Source of the DNA: a virus
Taxonomy: Duplodnaviria; Caudoviricetes
DNA length: 64,000 nt
Virus record (IMG/VR): IMGVR_UViG_3300049472_000168
Coordinates: 64,001-128,000 of that record
Reading direction: 5' to 3' (one strand)
Of this stretch, positions 59,632-64,000 are shown piece after piece; position 1 is the first letter of the stretch, and the number at the start of each line of letters is the position of its first letter. The translations under genes were made by a program, and so were the position numbers. Below the pieces are notes generated by a model. It was not told where the DNA came from. It saw nothing but the letters and a program-made list of their open reading frames with translations, and ran no database searches.

Positions 59632-60135
59632 TTCTGTTAGGCTCTCAGTCCCAAGAACTGACTGTGAATCGATACGGATTTCTTCGTGACTCCCAGTTGC
59701 CATCAAGAGTTATGGCCCAGAACCGGTCTTCTGGATTGAAGATGTTGTGGAGGTCCAAGATCTCTTTCTTCTGTTCTGGGGCAAGCTCTGACCATGACCT
59801 ATAACCTTGCGCCCTGAGATCTTGAGATTTCCAGTAGGCATCACCCATACGCCTGGAGACATCATTGAAGTGGACATCGAACGGGTCTCGGCCTTCTCCT
59901 GGTAGTTTCATGGAGCGACCTTCTTCACATTTTCAATAATTCTCTTGGCCGCCCAAAGGGGCAAGGAGAATGACTTACCACTGTCTTTGTCACGTACTCC
60001 GAAGTCGGGATCGAATCCGTATACATCAACTCCAAGTATGGATTCTAGTTTGGATGAAATCTTACGCCACTCATCAATATATTTTTTAGTGCTAGATGTT
60101 AGCTTGCCACTGGGGAGTCTGTGATGTTTATCCAT

Positions 60136-60480
60136 TTATTCCACCTCAGAGAGAAGACCTTCGTCGGTTTTGTACATGGCATAGTTGGTCTCGAACCAGG
60201 CCTTTACAGCCAAGTCAGTGTTTCGTTGCGAGAAGTAGGTATCAGGACAAGTATATCTAATGTCTGTCTCCAAGACTTTCTTGATCTCTGTGATGTAGGC
60301 GTCAAGGATTCTCTGCTTCTCCGAATCCTTCAGCTTCAGGATGTGCGTAGTATTGAACCGTGACAGCTTGGGTTCGCCAAGACAGTCAATAGCGTATTCT
60401 CGGACACCATCGATATAGACGAGCCCCGGGGCTCCGCTACCATCGGAATAGACCTCATCGATTTCAATCCTGATTTCCAT
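60136..60480 (-). CDS. Hypothetical protein
   Basis: Start revised to 60480, behind TTGACA-17-TATATT-6-ATG. Confidence 0.55.
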   Translation of the reverse strand: MEIRIEIDEVYSDGSGAPGLVYIDGVREYAIDCLGEPKLSRFNTTHILKLKDSEKQRILDAYITEIKKVLETDIRYTCPDTYFSQRNTDLAVKAWFETNYAMYKTDEGLLSEVE

Positions 60481-60770
60481 TTGATTAATATATCGAAGTA
60501 CTCTGAAGATGTCAACTATTAAATACATCCTCTTCGGTTATGTCAAATGGACTCACCTTGTCCTGAAGTTCTTGGATCCCAGACGGCGTCAGCTTAATAA
60601 ATGCCATCTTCAGTGCCTTGATCGTCGCGAAGGCTCCTGGCATCCAGACATCATTTCGACTCCAAACATAGGCCTGTTTGCCACCAGTACGGGCCAATGG
60701 ATAAATCACACCTATCCCGGGCTCTACCATTCCGCGCATTACTGATTTTCCCATATCTTCTTTCCTTTCG

Positions 60771-60843
60771 TGGGCCCTGTCGGATTTGAACCGACGACCA
60801 CCGGTTTATGAGACCGACGCTCTAACCGCTGAGCTAAGGGCCC
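60771..60843 (-). tRNA. tRNA with CAU anticodon, probably tRNA-Ile2 (lysidine type)
   Basis: GGGCCCT/AGGGCCC acceptor and CTCATAA loop; lacks initiator features; resembles bacterial Ile2 tRNAs. Confidence 0.8.
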
Positions 60844-61117
60844 GTTGACTTCTTCAGGAAGTCTAAGATCTTGTCGATATCTTCTGTAGTCAGGATAACG
60901 GCAGGATACCAGGCACCGACATCGGGACCGTTCTGGCGTTTTTGGAGGATGTGGATTCTGCCTCTTTTATCTGCTTCGACGTATCGGTAGTATCTCACTT
61001 TGCCTTCGTGGGAGTCGGGCCCTTTCTTTTCCCATAGCGGGTGTCTGATATTCTCGCGCAGCAACACGGAGTTCTCCGGGAGCTGAATCGGCCTCATATC
61101 ATATTCTTCATCCATCG

Positions 61118-61198
61118 TGGGGACGGAGAGACTCGAACTCTCACGCCGTGAGGCAACGCACTCTAAATGCGCCGTGGCTACCATTACACCACGTCCCC
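61118..61198 (-). tRNA. tRNA-Leu(UAG)
   Basis: GGGGACG/CGTCCCC acceptor, TTTAGAG loop, long variable arm, TTCGAGT T-loop. Confidence 0.9.
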
Positions 61199-61764
61199 TG
61201 GTTGCGCCCACGCCTTGATTTGAACAAGGATCTGCGTCGAGATCTGATCTTTGGTCATAGTCGATACGTTGAATGTCAGGGCGTGATTAAATCTACCCCC
61301 TGGGGTATAAAGAAAGAGGTTGCATTGAATGATTCCTGTCTCTTCTGGTGGTCTTGTCTTGACATTCGCACTAAGTTTTACAGCGATGTCTCCTGTATTT
61401 TTACGAACCGTTCTAATGATTTTACCTATGTCAAGGATAGTGTCCTCTGCTATCTCTGCAATCTCGAAAGTGCTTTTCATTTTGACCTCTTCAGATACAT
61501 CCAGATCCAGCGGTAAGATACCGCAATGATTCCAATGGCTGGCAGAATTTCTTGTGGACAGATATGCATGGTGTCATCCTGGCATCGGGGTGAGGTCTGG
61601 GTCTGAATGACGGCTATACTGGATGTTTTCCGGAGTCCCCGCCATTCTCAAGGCATATGCCAGGTCTTGGGCCTCGGCCTCGGAGAAGGCTATGGAGAGC
61701 GGATTGCCTCCTACCATAATTTTGAGAACCACAGGATTGGGCTTAATTTTTGAGACTGTCCATT

Positions 61765-62297
61765 TTACCGACATTTTGACCTCTTCGCGATTTTGGTACC
61801 GATCCACCCCGGAAACCAGAAAAGAGTAAATGGAACAAAAAGAAGAGGCCACAGAACCATCATCCACATCCTGTCGGTGTAATTTTGTTTTATTGATTCC
61901 CACAGAGCAAACCGGCTGAGCATAAGTTCTCGGCCCTTCAGCACCCCTAGACAGAACAGACCCACAAAAAGGACACTGAGGTAGATTGCAATATAGATTT
62001 TCACTCTCGTTGTCCTTTTTGTATTTTATAGCCATTCCTATAGGAATCAAATATCTTGTAATCCTCCGAGACGAAGTAGTACTGACGACCGATTTCCTTA
62101 GGGATTCCGACCAGAATCGCTGCGGCTATGGCTACTGGCCACAGTACAACGAATAGGAAATAGAATCCTACCTTGAAGGGTTCCGACTTTGATCTCTTGG
62201 TCGGATACCTCCAGGCCGCATCTCGGTAGCCCCAGACCACGGCACCAAACATCAGGATGAGTAGAGAGATAAAACCGTAAATTGACAAATAAATCAT
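61765..62297 (-). CDS. Two tandem paralogous small membrane proteins (62001-62297 and 61765-62004)
   Basis: Both have an IY..IY N-terminal hydrophobic helix and a VLWP....P..IG segment. Confidence 0.55.
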
Positions 62298-62328
62298 TCC
62301 TCAAACCTATATTAAATAGCTTCTGATG

Positions 62329-62601
62329 TCAAATGTTTTTGTAACGATCATAGCTGCGAATAGGGGACTGTCGGTTGGTGTGTTTTGAAACAATGGAGTA
62401 AGGAATTCCTCTGCCTTTAATAGCCTCCAACAACAATCCGGCGTCACAGTCTTCTTCGAGGTACGAAGTCTGCCCATTGATATAGGAATACGAGGAGACT
62501 TTATCGGCAATTCCCAGACTGATAAGCAGAGCCGTCTTGACTGCGACCCAACCGTGGCCTGGGTCTGAGTAGAACTTAAGGACCAGTTGTTTTGTTTTCA
62601 T
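62329..62601 (-). CDS. Conserved-type phage hypothetical protein (DPGHGW / YLEEDCDA)
   Basis: Motifs; start revised to 62601, behind TTGCTT-17-TATAAT-7-ATG. Confidence 0.65.
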   Translation of the reverse strand: MKTKQLVLKFYSDPGHGWVAVKTALLISLGIADKVSSYSYINGQTSYLEEDCDAGLLLEAIKGRGIPYSIVSKHTNRQSPIRSYDRYKNI

Positions 62602-63291
62602 GAGACCAATTATATATCGGAGCCGATCAAAAAGCAAACAAATAATTCAAAATGATACTACCTTGACATTTTCTTACTTCCTGATAGCATCAAACATCAT
62701 GCAGAGCAGAATTATTCTGGACAACTTCGGACTCATCGAAGTCGAAGATATAGGAACCGACCACTGTAGGGCTCTGGCCAAGGGCGACTACTACTGCGTC
62801 CCCCATCCCGTAGGTGGTCATTCCGAGGGTAAATACTACGTCATCACCGACAAGGTATTCCTGGCCCCAGACATTGGAGAGCCTTACTACCATATCTATG
62901 CATCATCTAGTGTCTATATCCATGAAAGTTTCAATAGGCCATGAGCGAACCAAAAATTGTTCAGGTCTTGGAGGCACCTGAAAATCTGTTCATGCTGTAT
63001 AGAGGTGGCCACAGGGAGCGAGTCAGGCTCCTGGCCCTGGTCCAGTCCCCAGGAGGCAAGACCACAGTGGAAGCTCTAGAGCTGACTCAGGACGGATTCG
63101 AGCTGGTTAGCTCTAACCCAGATTTCCAGGGCATCTATTCTCCCGAAGACGGAATACAATCTTCAAAGGAGGACTCCGACATCTGAGAATGATATCCACT
63201 ACCCGACATAGACACCTGATTGAATCAGGATACCTGTGTCCTGGGCAGGAGTCTGGCTTTCCTTCCAACCAAAAACAAAGAGGAGAACCAG

Positions 63292-63993
63292 ATGCGAGCT
63301 ATTAAAAAATGGGTTGTTTGTTGTCTTGTTGCGGCATTTATTTGGATCGGAGCCCCTGAGGTAGTTTCTCGGAAATCCGATGATATCACGTTCCAGGTCG
63401 AAGCCAGTTGTAAGGCTCCCTGCATCCCGGTCGGTGCCATGGTCGGCCCCATAAATGCCGAGATGGCCGACGGGCTGGAAAAGTTCCTGGCCTCTGCGAA
63501 AAAGTCGAAGGCTGTAGCCGTTGTGATCGGAATCGCCAGCCCCGGAGGCGATTTCATGGCGTCAAAACGGATTTTTGACACCATTAAGGCCTCTCCAGTT
63601 CCGGTTCACTGCTATGTTCAAGGCATGGCGGCTTCTGGAGCTTTCTGGGCTCTTCAGGCCTGTACGACCAGGAATGTAGATCCCAAAGCCGTATTGATGG
63701 CCCACACCCCAAGGGCAACCTTCCACGGCACCGTAGTAGTCAATAAAGCGGCGGCATACTTTCTACTAGAACAACTAATCAGTAGAGAGGCTCAGATGGT
63801 TCATGACTTGGCTCCTCGGATGGAGATGGAGGAATCCGCCATGATTCAAAAATTCAACGAGGGCGACTGGGTGATGACACCAGAAGAGGCAGTTGCGGCT
63901 AAGGCTATTGATAGTATCGAATCCAAGGGATTCGGTAGCTATCTTGAAACCGTGACCTCCAAATATAGGAATCAGAAATGGCGCCGCAACTAA
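63292..63993 (+). CDS. ClpP/S49-like serine protease with N-terminal signal or membrane anchor
   Basis: IASPGG, GMAASGA (catalytic Ser), LMAH, W..T.EEA....ID; AGGAG Shine-Dalgarno before ATG 63292. Confidence 0.75.
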   Translation: MRAIKKWVVCCLVAAFIWIGAPEVVSRKSDDITFQVEASCKAPCIPVGAMVGPINAEMADGLEKFLASAKKSKAVAVVIGIASPGGDFMASKRIFDTIKASPVPVHCYVQGMAASGAFWALQACTTRNVDPKAVLMAHTPRATFHGTVVVNKAAAYFLLEQLISREAQMVHDLAPRMEMEESAMIQKFNEGDWVMTPEEAVAAKAIDSIESKGFGSYLETVTSKYRNQKWRRN

Positions 63994-64000
63994 GACCCAA

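Noticed and set aside
60834-61211. 125-aa ORF as listed in the track
   Set aside because: Its 5' part overlaps tRNA-Leu; the real gene probably starts at Met about 61115.
162-63584. Numerous short antisense or overlapping ORFs in the six-frame track (e.g. 12026-12766, 34092-34580, 42303-42860)
   Set aside because: They are shadows of longer motif-bearing genes and have no start signals or recognisable motifs.
63292-63993. ClpP-like protein as the protease that cuts the K|S/A sites
   Set aside because: It has a hydrophobic N-terminal anchor, sits outside a head-gene context, and ClpP-type enzymes are not known to be Lys-specific. A prohead protease elsewhere in the genome is more likely.
1-64000. 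Prophage or cellular chromosome origin
   Set aside because: No integrase, att site or housekeeping operon is present; gene content and organisation are phage-like throughout. The host cannot be determined from this window.

Overview
64 kb segment of a large, probably jumbo, contractile-tailed (myovirus-type) bacteriophage. It uses the standard genetic code and contains no integrase or CRISPR array. Plus-strand blocks encode virion proteins: head-tail connector and neck candidates, tail sheath (35185-37692), tail tube (48431-48907), fibre/baseplate-type proteins and a 2099-aa fibre. They also encode several very large multi-enzyme proteins. These blocks alternate with minus-strand islands of small accessory genes, enzymes (SLT transglycosylase, two phosphoesterases, BCS1-like AAA ATPase, UvrD-like helicase, ATP-dependent DNA ligase, MazG-like protein, Hef-like nuclease) and nine tRNAs. 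The main candidate new system is a set of enzyme polyproteins (67-5820, 6047-7345, 20641-24819, 33250-35151). Their domains include an mCpol-type nucleotide cyclase, four GNAT-like domains, a ParB/Srx-like domain, an ADP-ribosyltransferase-like domain, three HipA/PI3K-like kinases and a zincin. A recurrent [LVIM]-x-K|[AST] linker sits at almost every domain junction and resembles a Lys-specific prohead-protease site, suggesting a capsid-packaged, protease-released effector arsenal. Other notable signals: two promoter classes (sigma70-like TTGAC-N17-TATAWT and a YAATCTT putative late motif), both often only 6-8 nt from the start codon, implying leaderless mRNAs; a 228-nt structured RNA with tRNA-like ends inside the tRNA cluster; and several small genes broken by 1-nt homopolymer indels. 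All assignments come from reading motifs by eye; no searches were run.
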